Source of the DNA: a plasmid
DNA: 64,000 nucleotides
Direction: 5' to 3' (one strand)
NCBI RefSeq assembly: GCF_056746865.1
Contig: NZ_JBWKMP010000004.1
Made by a program: the position numbers and the translations under genes. Below are positions 28,023 through 41,264 of the stretch, piece after piece (the stretch's first letter is position 1; the number at the start of each line of letters is the position of its first letter). Under the pieces are notes generated by a model, which saw only the letters and a list, made by a program, of their open reading frames with translations, did no database searches and had not been told where the DNA came from.

Positions 28023-28842
28023 GGCACTGTTGCAAATAGTCGGTGGTGATAAACTTATCATCCCCTTTTGCTGATGGAGCTGCACATGAACCCATTCAAA
28101 GGCCGGCATTTTCAGCGTGACATCATTCTGTGGGCCGTACGCTGGTACTGCAAATACGGCATCAGTTACCGTGAGCTGCAGGAGATGCTGGCTGAACGCG
28201 GAGTGAATGTCGATCACTCCACGATTTACCGCTGGGTTCAGCGTTATGCGCCTGAAATGGAAAAACGGCTGCGCTGGTACTGGCGTAACCCTTCCGATCT
28301 TTGCCCGTGGCACATGGATGAAACCTACGTGAAGGTCAATGGCCGCTGGGCGTATCTGTACCGGGCCGTCGACAGCCGGGGCCGCACTGTCGATTTTTAT
28401 CTCTCCTCCCGTCGTAACAGCAAAGCTGCATACCGGTTTCTGGGTAAAATCCTCAACAACGTGAAGAAGTGGCAGATCCCGCGATTCATCAACACGGATA
28501 AAGCGCCCGCCTATGGTCGCGCGCTTGCTCTGCTCAAACGCGAAGGCCGGTGCCCGTCTGACGTTGAACACCGACAGATTAAGTACCGGAACAACGTGAT
28601 TGAATGCGATCATGGCAAACTGAAACGGATAATCGGCGCCACGCTGGGATTTAAATCCATGAAGACGGCTTACGCCACCATCAAAGGTATTGAGGTGATG
28701 CGTGCACTACGCAAAGGCCAGGCCTCAGCATTTTATTATGGTGATCCCCTGGGCGAAATGCGCCTGGTAAGCAGAGTTTTTGAAATGTAAGGCCTTTGAA
28801 TAAGACAAAAGGCTGCCTCATCGCTAACTTTGCAACAGTGCC
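28023..28842 (+). mobile_element. IS26 (copy 2)
   Basis: 820 bp with GGCACTGTTGCAAA IRs. Confidence 0.95.
28086..28790 (+). CDS. tnpA: IS26 transposase Tnp26
   Basis: 234-aa [10 protein letters not shown]... Confidence 0.95.
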   Translation: MNPFKGRHFQRDIILWAVRWYCKYGISYRELQEMLAERGVNVDHSTIYRWVQRYAPEMEKRLRWYWRNPSDLCPWHMDETYVKVNGRWAYLYRAVDSRGRTVDFYLSSRRNSKAAYRFLGKILNNVKKWQIPRFINTDKAPAYGRALALLKREGRCPSDVEHRQIKYRNNVIECDHGKLKRIIGATLGFKSMKTAYATIKGIEVMRALRKGQASAFYYGDPLGEMRLVSRVFEM

Positions 28843-29270
28843 GTAAAGGCGGCCTTATCCACCATTTCCCGAACAAGCAGGCGCTAATATTCGCCCTGTT
28901 CGCGCGTCTGCTGGCAATCATGGAAGAAGCGATTACCGCGCTGATGCAACAGGATGGCGTGAGCTATGGCCGGTTTACCCGCGCCTATCTGAACTATCTG
29001 GCGGATCTCACGGACACCCATGAAAGCCGCCAGCTTATGGTTTTGTCGCTGGCAATGCCCGATGAACCGGTGCTGCGCAAATGCTGGCGCGACTGGATGC
29101 TGGAGAAACTGGCGCAGGGCGATGAGCTGGATAACAGCCCAACCGGCACGCTGGTGCGCTACGCCGCTGACGGCATCTGGCTTTCGGAGTTGACGGAAGG
29201 GATCACCATGAGCGCCGACCACCGTCGCGCGCTGGTTGACTCCCTGAATAAAATGACGCTTCCCGCGTGA
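28843..29270 (+). pseudogene. TetR-family regulator, 5'-truncated (delta-orf3 of the fosA3 module)
   Basis: C-terminal portion of a TetR-like frame beginning at the IS26 boundary. Confidence 0.5.
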
Positions 29271-29289
29271 AGCACAGACTGAGGCCGCG

Positions 29290-30078
29290 ATGCGCTACAA
29301 CATCAATGCCCGTTTTATCTACGACGCCACCGACGGAACCCTGACGCTGCCGCAAAGCGATGAACCGGACAGCCAGCTATCCCTCACCGCCAGCGCCCTG
29401 TTTAACTATTTTCTGCGCCATACCGAGATTGTCAGCCGGGAAGATGTTCTGAAAAAAGTCTGGGATGACAATGGATTAACCTCATCCAACAGCAATCTGA
29501 ATCAGTATCTCAGCATGCTGCGGAAGACCTTTCGCCATTACGGCGTCGATAACATCATCGTCACCGTCTCGCGCGGCTATTTGCAGCTTAATCCCGAGGT
29601 CATTATCGAAGCGCTGGACGACGCGCCGCCGGTTTCACCACAACAGACGCCTGCCGAACCGCCGCCCGTTACGACAACGCCAGACGCACCGCGCTCCGCA
29701 CATGCTCGCGGGATGTGCTGGTACATGGCCGGAGCCTGCTTGCTCACCATTGCCCTGCTTCTGGTTGCCTTCAGTCTGGTCGGCATCAGTGAATCCCAGC
29801 CTATCGCGCTGACCCGCCTCAGCCATAGCCAGTGCGAACTGCTGGCCAGCGATGAAATGCGACGTTCGGTCAGTGAAGAGTCCTACGGCAAAAACTTCGA
29901 TGAGGTACGCCAGCGGCTGAATATTGCCTGTAAACCCGGTGAACGTTTTCTTTTCTTCTACGGCGATCGGCTCGAAACCAACGGGCTGGGGCGCGTGTTC
30001 CTTGCCCACTGCGCCATGCATGAAGATAACCCGTTCAGCTATTGCGATAACTACTTTTACTACTCCTGGAAGCCGTAA
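29290..30078 (+). CDS. CadC/OmpR-type winged-helix transcriptional regulator (orf2 of fosA3 module)
   Basis: 262-aa ORF; N-terminal winged-helix-like region, C-terminal TM segment. Confidence 0.55.
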   Translation: MRYNINARFIYDATDGTLTLPQSDEPDSQLSLTASALFNYFLRHTEIVSREDVLKKVWDDNGLTSSNSNLNQYLSMLRKTFRHYGVDNIIVTVSRGYLQLNPEVIIEALDDAPPVSPQQTPAEPPPVTTTPDAPRSAHARGMCWYMAGACLLTIALLLVAFSLVGISESQPIALTRLSHSQCELLASDEMRRSVSEESYGKNFDEVRQRLNIACKPGERFLFFYGDRLETNGLGRVFLAHCAMHEDNPFSYCDNYFYYSWKP

Positions 30079-30596
30079 TGAGACTCGCGCCGCGTCCGTT
30101 CTTTGCCCTCTGCGTTCTGGTATTTATTGCCGCCGCCGCGTTTAGCGCCTGGCGGCTGCTGCCTGCCGACAACGCGGGTGTCATGAGCTGTTCCACTAAG
30201 GGCATCATGCGCTTTGAGAACATGGACAAAGAGAACGTTAACGGCAATATTCACTTCAATTTTGGCGCGCAGGGTAAAGGCTCGATGGTGGTCGAAGGTT
30301 ACACCGACTCCGCCGCCGGCTGGCTCTACCTGCAACGCTACGTGAAGTTTACCTACAGCAGCAAACGCATCTCGGCCACCGAGCGTCATTACCGCATCAA
30401 TCAGTGGGAATCGAGCGCCTCCTCGATTGATGAATCGCCGAACGTGATTTTCGACTACTTTATGCGCGAGATGTCCGACAGCCACGACGGGCTGTTTCTC
30501 AACGCTCAGAAGCTCAACGAAAAGGCTATCTTGCTCAGCTCTATCAATTCACCGCTGTGGATCTGCACGTTGAAATCCGGCAGTAAGCTGAACTAA
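30078..30596 (+). CDS. hypothetical membrane-anchored protein (orf1 of fosA3 module)
   Basis: 172-aa ORF with N-terminal TM helix. Confidence 0.5.
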   Translation: MRLAPRPFFALCVLVFIAAAAFSAWRLLPADNAGVMSCSTKGIMRFENMDKENVNGNIHFNFGAQGKGSMVVEGYTDSAAGWLYLQRYVKFTYSSKRISATERHYRINQWESSASSIDESPNVIFDYFMREMSDSHDGLFLNAQKLNEKAILLSSINSPLWICTLKSGSKLN

Positions 30597-30600
30597 CCCG

Positions 30601-31017
30601 TCAATCAAAAAAGACCATCCCCTTGTAGGGGCGTTCGCGACAGGCGGCCAGCCGCTGCGCCAGATTCCCCACATGCAGCTCCAGCTTATGGCCGTCAGGG
30701 TCGAGAAAATAGTAAGACGCCCCTTCACTGCGGTTATCTTTCCATACCTCAGCCCCCGCCTGCGCCAGCAGAGCCACCACCCCGGCAAACTCTTCTTCCG
30801 CCACGCTGAAGGCGTAGTGGGTATAGTCGCTTTCCTGAGGGGGCGTTTTACGCCGCTGCTCATCCAGCGACAAGCACAGCCACAGCGCCCCACAGGAGAG
30901 ATAGGCTCCGCTATCCCAGCTGGCGTGCAGGCGCATTCCAGGTAACTGCTGATAAAATGCCAGGCTTGACGCCAGATCGCTGACCGCCAGCGTCAGATGA
31001 TTCAATCCCTGCAGCAT
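30601..31017 (-). CDS. fosA3: fosfomycin thiol transferase FosA3
   Basis: 138-aa [49 protein letters not shown]... matches FosA3 from memory. Confidence 0.9.
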   Translation of the reverse strand: MLQGLNHLTLAVSDLASSLAFYQQLPGMRLHASWDSGAYLSCGALWLCLSLDEQRRKTPPQESDYTHYAFSVAEEEFAGVVALLAQAGAEVWKDNRSEGASYYFLDPDGHKLELHVGNLAQRLAACRERPYKGMVFFD

Positions 31018-31339
31018 GACTTTTCCTCCCGTTATCAAACCCTGTTGTAAACTGTGATCGGCGACGCATCCCCTCCCGGCCTCACCTCATCACCGGCTAA
31101 AAAGCGCATTTTTTGCGTTTAGCCTGCCATCGGAAACCTGCGCCTCGCCACACTAATCCCCGCTCTATGTTACCCCTTTTTTGAAATCATTTAGCAATCC
31201 AATAACATTTCATCCCCCCGGAAAAAGCGGGCTAAAAATCGCCTTATTGAAGACCAAATCAGCACCGACATTACAGCATAAAGACATAAATAAACGCCCT
31301 AAAAAGACTAAATCACAGAGCTATATCCTAAATAATTAC

Positions 31340-32900
<1,561 letters not shown>

Positions 32901-33158
32901 CTGTCAGACCAAGTTTACTCATACTGAAATAATTGGGGGGTGATTACCACCGTAAATTTTTCCCAGACGGTAAAAAGAATTACAGACTTTTATCAACTAA
33001 AAAAGTGGCCTGAATATCAGCACTACCGTCAATACCATTTCAGTAAATCAGGATAGGGAAAAATTGGCAAACCCAGTTCTTCACTTGCTCTGCGGGTTCT
33101 GTCACCCTGACGTCATACGGTAATCCCCCCCAATTCATTAATCGACAAGGTCATCCTG

Positions 33159-33635
33159 ATGAAACAAATTACCATGAGCGATATGCAGCAACAGAGCGCA
33201 GCGGCTGTGCAATCGCCTCGGCTCCGCGCGCACCGTAATTTCCATCCAGAATTAAGCGATTCGGTCCAACGTCTGGCTATTGCCATGGAACCTGGGACCT
33301 ACGTGCGCCCGCACCGACACCCTCACACCTTCGAGCTACTGTTGCCATTAAGGGGTCGTTTCGTGGTGCTGAATTTTGACGATCGGGGTACCGTCACCCA
33401 TCGGGCGATATTGGGGGAAACCTGTACGGTGCTGGAGATGGCCGCAGGAACCTGGCATGCCGTGCTGTCGCTGGATACCGGTGGCATAATTTTTGAAGTA
33501 AAACACGGTGGCTATCAACCCGTGGCTGCCGATGACTATGCGCACTGGGCTCCAGCGGAAGGAGAACCAGGAACCACGGAGCTTATGGCCTGGTATGCGC
33601 AAGCGCAGGTGGGCGACAGCACTTTTGCCGTCTAA
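33159..33635 (+). CDS. orf477 / WbuC-family cupin protein
   Basis: 477-bp ORF immediately 3' of blaCTX-M as in ISEcp1-blaCTX-M-orf477 units. Confidence 0.8.
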   Translation: MKQITMSDMQQQSAAAVQSPRLRAHRNFHPELSDSVQRLAIAMEPGTYVRPHRHPHTFELLLPLRGRFVVLNFDDRGTVTHRAILGETCTVLEMAAGTWHAVLSLDTGGIIFEVKHGGYQPVAADDYAHWAPAEGEPGTTELMAWYAQAQVGDSTFAV

Positions 33636-33681
33636 GGCGATAAACAAAAACGGAATGAGTTTCCCCATTCCGTTTCCGCTA

Positions 33682-34611
<930 letters not shown>

Positions 34612-34684
34612 TTACCTGAAGCGAGCCACAACGCGTCCGATTTTATGCTTCCGAAAGGCAAATACGGACGTCGCCAGAATGAAA

Positions 34685-34926
34685 CCTAAATTCCACGTGT
34701 GTTTTTTATTAGCTTCAAAAATCACTATTTCACGAAGAATTTAGACTGCTTCTCACACATTGTAACATTATTTACAACCACCTTTCAATCATTTTTGATA
34801 AATCATTGATTTCATCTTTGCTGCAATGATACTTAATAAACTCTGCAAGTTATCCACAGAGCAACACTCAATTTTATTGATGATATTCTTATTATACCAG
34901 ACATTTTTCATACACTCCCTTGTACG
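34685..34926 (-). mobile_element. ISEcp1 right end (IRR and 3' interior), truncated by IS26; ~127-bp spacer to blaCTX-M
   Basis: CCTAAATTCCACGT (ISEcp1 IRR) at 34685-34698; element cut at the IS26 IR at 34927. Confidence 0.7.
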
Positions 34927-35746
34927 GGCACTGTTGCAAAGTTAGCGATGAGGCAGCCTTTTGTCTTATTCAAAGGCCTTACATTTCAAAAACTCTGCTT
35001 ACCAGGCGCATTTCGCCCAGGGGATCACCATAATAAAATGCTGAGGCCTGGCCTTTGCGTAGTGCACGCATCACCTCAATACCTTTGATGGTGGCGTAAG
35101 CCGTCTTCATGGATTTAAATCCCAGCGTGGCGCCGATTATCCGTTTCAGTTTGCCATGATCGCATTCAATCACGTTGTTCCGGTACTTAATCTGTCGGTG
35201 TTCAACGTCAGACGGGCACCGGCCTTCGCGTTTGAGCAGAGCAAGCGCGCGACCATAGGCGGGCGCTTTATCCGTGTTGATGAATCGCGGGATCTGCCAC
35301 TTCTTCACGTTGTTGAGGATTTTACCCAGAAACCGGTATGCAGCTTTGCTGTTACGACGGGAGGAGAGATAAAAATCGACAGTGCGGCCCCGGCTGTCGA
35401 CGGCCCGGTACAGATACGCCCAGCGGCCATTGACCTTCACGTAGGTTTCATCCATGTGCCACGGGCAAAGATCGGAAGGGTTACGCCAGTACCAGCGCAG
35501 CCGTTTTTCCATTTCAGGCGCATAACGCTGAACCCAGCGGTAAATCGTGGAGTGATCGACATTCACTCCGCGTTCAGCCAGCATCTCCTGCAGCTCACGG
35601 TAACTGATGCCGTATTTGCAGTACCAGCGTACGGCCCACAGAATGATGTCACGCTGAAAATGCCGGCCTTTGAATGGGTTCATGTGCAGCTCCATCAGCA
35701 AAAGGGGATGATAAGTTTATCACCACCGACTATTTGCAACAGTGCC
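34927..35746 (-). mobile_element. IS26 (copy 4)
   Basis: 820 bp with IS26 IRs. Confidence 0.95.
34979..35683 (-). CDS. tnpA: IS26 transposase Tnp26
   Basis: 234-aa [10 protein letters not shown]... Confidence 0.95.
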
Positions 35747-35829
35747 TCTCAAAATCGGTGGAGCTGCATGACAAAGTCATCGGGCATTATCTGAACATAA
35801 AACACTATCAATAAGTTGGAGTCATTACC
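35747..35829 (+). mobile_element. IS1, 3' terminal 83 bp (end of insB + IRR)
   Basis: TCTCAAAATCGGTGGAGCTGCATGACAAAGTCATCGGGCATTATCTGAACATAAAACACTATCAATAAGTTGGAGTCATTACC matches IS1 right end. Confidence 0.8.
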
Positions 35830-36330
35830 AAACAGGGATTATTTATTCTCTCAGGCGAGAATAAAATAGACGAAGAATGTTTCATTAATATAGTCCAAAC
35901 GGCTGTCGCCATAAATAACATCGGTAGAGAATCTAATGGTTATATTTTAGTTGGTGTTTCCGATACCAAAGCTACGGCAGACAGAGTTAAGACTTTATAT
36001 GGTGTTACCCCTATTGAGTGCAATGGCTATTATATCAATGGAATTGATCATGAAGCTGTAATTCAATCAAAAAACATAGATAATTACTTTCTGTTCATAA
36101 AACAAAAAATAGAATCATTTAATTTTAATGAGGCTTTGAAACAACAAATACTAAAAGATATTTCATTATGTTCATATGAAGGACTGCATGTTTTAAAAAT
36201 CGAAATAAAAAGTGTCGGAGAAGTCTGTCATTTTGAAAATAGGTATTATATAAGACAAGGAACAGCTACGCATTTAATCACTGACGGTGAAGCAATTAGT
36301 AGTTTACACAGATTATATTACTCATAATTA
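35813..36330 (+). pseudogene. fragment of a gene encoding an AlbA_2/Schlafen-like (divergent AAA) domain protein, N-terminally truncated at the IS1 end
   Basis: open frame with no ATG until late; motif NGYILVGVSDTKATADRV resembles the GGxLxxGVxDxG core of AlbA_2 domains; AT-rich. Confidence 0.3.
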
Positions 36331-37371
36331 CTTAAGCACTATGAAGGTATCATACACCTTCATAGTGTACTTTTTTACTGCGCTTTGGGGCTAAATTGTT
36401 TTTGTGAATAGCCAGAATATCGTGGCTACGGCGGCAATGGAAATATATGATCTCTGCTGCCAGAGACTGGAGATGTAATTGGGGGCAGTTTGGATATCGA
36501 AAATTATTGTACTATAAGGGGTCCGCTTGAGGGGGCCGCTTGGAAAACGGAAATTTTCCCACGCTAAGAGAATTGAGTTGAACGAGTGGTTACATCTAGG
36601 CCAGCTAACTCACTGAACGTAAAGGCTGTACGAAATGTTCCGACCGTCCGATAACCATTTGGCTTACTTCCGTACATTTCCTTGCGTAGATGTACAGAAT
36701 TGTACGATTTCGGACACCAAAACTGCTGTTGTCCCGGTGCATGAAGCTACTTTCCGGGTTGGTGGTACTGACTTTGGTGTTCTTAACGACGACGTTTTCA
36801 ACTCTGAAAATCGCCTCTCTGCACGGGGATTTTTACCCCCCCATAGAGCCGTCATATAAATTCAAATTATTAACTTTGATGGTAGAATTATCTTAGGTTT
36901 GATAAAATTTTGAGCCGTCGCCGTTTACTTCACAGGATTCAATATAATGGCTAAATATACAGTTTGTGATTACCAATAAACTATTAGAAATAATGGGAAT
37001 GGTTGTGCCAATCTCTATCTGGAGGTCTTATTGCAGGGAACATCCACCCCATCGTTACACCAATACAGAATTGCCCCCGATACAAGACATCCAGACATTA
37101 ACCTAATAAAAGCGCACCTTGACGAGGGCTTTCAGCAGGCAAAGTCTGAGGGATTAAAAGTAGAGATTTCAGATTATAAAGAACGTCTTTACCTGTACAT
37201 TAGAACACCTGGTAATAACCTAATGCAATATTCTGGTTGCAGAGAAAAATAATACAGTCGCGCTGGATACGCTGACATTGACGCAGTTATATGATTTTCT
37301 GGCGTTGGTCAGTAAACCAGCTGCAGCCAAAACGGTGTAGTCCCTGACACAGGCGCCGGTCATTCTGTTAA

Positions 37372-37497
37372 CTCATCCACGTATGGGATGAACAGTTGTT
37401 TCAGTTTGAAACCAGGGATGTCAGACGGATTTTTGCTGGCGAGTACGAAATCCGTTACGAACTTAATGGCCAGACTATTTATGTATTGCGCCTGTGA
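37372..37497 (+). pseudogene. RelE/ParE-like toxin C-terminal remnant
   Basis: LIHVWDEQLFQFETRDVRRIFAGEYEIRYELNGQTIYVLRL resembles the C-terminal beta-strands of RelE/ParE toxins; in-frame stop immediately upstream. Confidence 0.3.
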
Positions 37498-37624
37498 CAC
37501 ACACGAGAAAACAGGTAGATTGTGTGTGAGGGCAACTTTAACATAGCCTGCAGGTGTTAATTCAGGAGCATTGTTATCAGACCAAATATTTTTCATTCCA
37601 TTAAATAGTCTTGTAGGGGATAAA

Positions 37625-37906
37625 ATGAATTACGATGAAATAACGAAAATCACTGCAGAACGTATTAGCGACTACATGACTGAAGCGGTTAATACAGACT
37701 CTAAATCTGTTGCGGAAATGTTTCATAACGCTGCATGGGGAGTGCTATCATTGTGGTTTGAACTCGTCACAAAAATAGATCTGGATATACATAAAAAGAA
37801 CAGGTATGCAAGTTATGATTTTAGAAGAAAAATCGAAATGCAGCATGAAGAGTTTCAGAAAATGACAGAGCGTGAGCAAGTGCCTTTATTGAAATTGCCT
37901 GAATAA
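37625..37906 (+). CDS. hypothetical protein (93 aa)
   Basis: ATG at 37625 within track ORF 37571-37906 ([22 protein letters not shown]...). Confidence 0.35.
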
Positions 37907-38028
37907 CAGAGACAGTGCAAACGATTATTTCATAATAACGATTATGTAATGACTGGTAAGAAAATAACTTGATTGAGTTCCCTTTATCCAGCCTGATAGT
38001 GGATAAAGGGAACTCAATAATAATTGAA

Positions 38029-38382
38029 TTAATTTATTAGCTTCATCGCATTTTTTTTGGTCTCTTCATCACTTTTTTGCTCTTGTTGTGAAGAGGATTG
38101 AGTGACTATTGAAGAATTAAAATCGGCCATCTCTTTTGGAAATAGCGATCTCAATATATTCACGATATCTGAAAATGTGGTTTCTTTCGTCAGCAGCTCA
38201 CATAAAAGGAAAGGGGTCCGGGGATCTTGTCTGTATAAGGCCAGACCTGCCGTCAGTGCGGCCCGGTTAAGGCGGCTTCGTTCCCCTTGCGGGATACTGT
38301 CCAGTGTATCACAAACAATTTTATCTGTTTGATTTACATCTGGATTTAGTTTGAAGGCAATGGTTCTGCGCTTGTCCATCAT
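38029..38382 (-). CDS. parR: plasmid partition adaptor ParR (StbB)
   Basis: 117-aa [46 protein letters not shown]... ; directly after parM. Confidence 0.85.
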   Translation of the reverse strand: MMDKRRTIAFKLNPDVNQTDKIVCDTLDSIPQGERSRLNRAALTAGLALYRQDPRTPFLLCELLTKETTFSDIVNILRSLFPKEMADFNSSIVTQSSSQQEQKSDEETKKNAMKLIN

Positions 38383-39344
38383 TAATTACCTATGAGATAC
38401 ATACCGTTAACTAAATCATATTGAGAGTTATTGGTTTTGAAAAAACGTTCATCACGAATCTGTGTGTGTTTTTTTACTGCATCGCATATTAATTCTGCGC
38501 CACCGCCTATAACCATAACATGAGTATAACCAGAAAATTCATTGAGCGTATTTAATACACGTTGCTCAAGTTTACGAAGTGCTTCATTCATTGCTTCGGT
38601 GACTATTGATATTTTGTTCTCATCATTAATTCGTTGCTTCAGATAGTTATTATCTTTTCTGTGAATGATTATATCGTCAGCAAGATAGCTACTTCCTTTT
38701 GTTCTCGCAAGAGAAAGGGCATCTTTTACTGCAGATGTAACCAGAGAGACACCAAGAGATGAGTCTCCGTATATTTTACTGATCCCCGATAATTTCCCCA
38801 TTACCTGAGAAATATCTAATGTGGTGCCCCCGAGATCTATAATTAATAAAGAATCTAACTCATCCAGTTCTTGTAGAACTTCATAACCTGCCGGTATAGA
38901 TTCAGGCATGACTTTTACATCTTTTATTGTGAATGTATCCCCGCCATTTAATGTAATTTTTTTCCGGAAGTTTGCTTTCTTACGCTCAATATTTTCCGTA
39001 TTGGGTTGGTTATTTCTGTCGTAATACTCTGTCAGAGGAAGTGTGCAAACAATATCCACTTCGCTTACCGGCAGACCACTGGTCAGTAAGGCGTGATGCA
39101 CTGCAACGACATTAACGTCGCTGTATTGCCATGCGATATTGGTTGTGACTACAGCATCCGGGCTGATTGGATCAAATGAATACTGTTCGCCGTTCAGTGT
39201 GTAGTTAAAGACCTTTTTATCACCAAAAGAGACTGCCCACTCGCGTTTGAAGCTGTTCGGGCTAATGTGCTGTTTAATTGTTCCGTCGCTTTCCTGCCAC
39301 TGTAGTTTGATGTTTGTTGAACCGTCATCAATGAATACCAACAT
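38382..39344 (-). CDS. parM: actin-like segregation ATPase ParM (StbA)
   Basis: 320-aa [40 protein letters not shown]... matches R1/R100 ParM. Confidence 0.9.
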
Positions 39345-39535
39345 TTATAAAACTCCTTATGGTGTTTTTTTGGTGTGTGTTTGGGTATGTTTTGGGTTTT
39401 AAGTGGGTTTGTTTGTCAAGTTTACCCCATTTCAACCATCAATCAATGATTATTTGTCTTGTTTTGGTGTTTTATTGGGTTGGGTATGGGTTGTTTTTGG
39501 GTTTTGTTTGGCGGGTAACAAAAGATGTCGCCGGG
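39345..39535 (-). promoter_or_regulatory. parC: parC centromere/promoter region with short direct repeats
   Basis: GT-rich reiterated motifs (GTTTTGGGTTTT, GGGTTGGGTATGGGTTGTTTTTGGGTTTTG) immediately upstream of parM. Confidence 0.5.
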
Positions 39536-39860
39536 CTCCTCTTTTTACTGCGCCGGCTGACGCGGCGCGGCAGGAACGCTGCCTGTGGTCAGTGTCCCGC
39601 GTCCGGCCGGGCACGGGACGGGCGCTTTTACCGCTCCCGGCTGGCGTTGGTGACAGTGTACGCCAGCCCGTCGCCCTTTTCTGATGAACGCCCTTCAAGC
39701 CGCTTTCGCGGCATATCCTCGCCGTCAAAAAGACGACGGCTGCGGTATTCCACGGTCGGCCTGACCCGTTACCGGACGCGGTGAACAGCCCACAGGCAGC
39801 GGGGAACGGGCACCACAGGGGTGCCCTCCCGGTGCCCTCTGTAAGAGAAGGAGTGCTGTT

Positions 39861-40544
39861 ATGTCCCGTTTTATCCTGGGTGACTGCGTGCGTGTTATGG
39901 CCACGTTTCCGGGCAATGCTGTCGATTTCATCCTCACCGACCCGCCGTATCTCGTCGGTTTCCGTGACCGTTCCGGGCGCACCATCGCCGGCGATAAAAC
40001 CGATGAATGGCTGCAACCAGCCTGTAATGAAATGTACCGCGTACTCAAAAAAGACGCGTTAATGGTGAGCTTCTATGGCTGGAACCGCGTCGATCGCTTT
40101 ATGGCCGCCTGGAAAAATGCGGGATTCAGCGTTGTTGGTCACCTGGTCTTCACCAAAAACTACACATCGAAGGCCGCATATGTGGGCTATCGCCACGAAT
40201 GTGCCTACATCCTGGCAAAAGGCCGTCCACGTCTGCCACAAAACCCGCTGCCGGACGTGCTGGGCTGGAAATATTCGGGCAATCGCCATCACCCGACGGA
40301 AAAGCCCGTTACCAGCCTGCAACCGCTGATTGAGAGCTTCACACACCCGAACGCAATTGTGCTGGACCCGTTTGCAGGCAGCGGCTCAACCTGCGTCGCC
40401 GCCCTCCAGTCCGGACGCCGGTATATCGGTATCGAGCTGCTTGAGCAGTATCACCGTGCCGGGCAGCAACGCCTTGCCGCCGTGCAACGGGCCATGCAGC
40501 AGGGGGCCGCGAATGATGACTGGTTTATGCCGGAGGCTGCGTAA
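39861..40544 (+). CDS. orphan DNA N6-adenine/N4-cytosine methyltransferase (leading region)
   Basis: 227-aa ORF with DPPY motif (FILTDPPYLVGF) and AdoMet-binding motif (DPFAGSGSTCVAA). Confidence 0.8.
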   Translation: MSRFILGDCVRVMATFPGNAVDFILTDPPYLVGFRDRSGRTIAGDKTDEWLQPACNEMYRVLKKDALMVSFYGWNRVDRFMAAWKNAGFSVVGHLVFTKNYTSKAAYVGYRHECAYILAKGRPRLPQNPLPDVLGWKYSGNRHHPTEKPVTSLQPLIESFTHPNAIVLDPFAGSGSTCVAALQSGRRYIGIELLEQYHRAGQQRLAAVQRAMQQGAANDDWFMPEAA

Positions 40545-40766
40545 ATGAACTATGCAGGACACGAAAAACTGCGCGCCGAAGTGGCGGAGGTGGCCAATGC
40601 CATGTGCGACCTGCGTACAACCATGAATGAGATGGAGCAGCGGTACAGCTTTAATGCCGACACCCTGCCGGAACGTCTGGTGCGTCAGACGCTGTTTCGC
40701 GCAAACCGCCTCCTGATGGAGGCATATACCGAAATTCTGGAACTGGAAGCGTGCTTTAAAGATTGA
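40545..40766 (+). CDS. hypothetical protein (73 aa)
   Basis: ORF start overlaps stop of upstream methyltransferase gene. Confidence 0.45.
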   Translation: MNYAGHEKLRAEVAEVANAMCDLRTTMNEMEQRYSFNADTLPERLVRQTLFRANRLLMEAYTEILELEACFKD

Positions 40767-40779
40767 GAAGGAGACGAGA

Positions 40780-41214
40780 ATGTACGGAACATGCGAAACG
40801 CTATGCCGGGAGCTGGCAGTAAAGTATCCGGGAGACATGCCGCTGATGCTGGTTATCTGGTCCCCGGAAGAGATTCAGGCACTGGCTGACGGTATGGAAA
40901 TTTCTCTGACCGGTCATGAAATCAGGACCGTCCTGGCACGCCTGGAGGACATCCCGGAAGACCAGCGGATTGAGTCCGGTATTTCTTCCGCTGCGGTGAT
41001 GGAGATTATCCGCAACGAGAGCGAAAACCGCCTGGTGACCGTCCCTGCTGAACTGCTGGCGTCCCTGATTCAGACCGCTGAACAGGCATTGTGGAAACGT
41101 GAATGGGCCGCCCGGGATCATGGCCTCGCCGTCCCGGAATGCGTCACCCGCCGTCAGGAGGTGGTTAATCAGGCCCGCACCCTGCTGAAAAACAACACAC
41201 ACGAAAACGACTGA
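40780..41214 (+). CDS. hypothetical leading-region protein (144 aa)
   Basis: ORF with GAGAAGGAGA RBS-like sequence upstream. Confidence 0.5.
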   Translation: MYGTCETLCRELAVKYPGDMPLMLVIWSPEEIQALADGMEISLTGHEIRTVLARLEDIPEDQRIESGISSAAVMEIIRNESENRLVTVPAELLASLIQTAEQALWKREWAARDHGLAVPECVTRRQEVVNQARTLLKNNTHEND

Positions 41215-41264
41215 TGTTATCGCCGCCTGCCCTGCGGGCGGCGATACAGGGAGAACGCTTAATC

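Noticed and set aside
37360-37596. 78-aa minus-strand ORF overlapping the RelE/ParE-like remnant
   Set aside because: Opposite strand of a frame with a recognisable toxin-like C-terminus; weak RBS; cannot exclude it, but treated as less likely
39450-40016. 188-aa minus-strand ORF spanning parC and the start of the methyltransferase gene
   Set aside because: Crosses a centromere/promoter region and overlaps a well-supported plus-strand gene; no RBS
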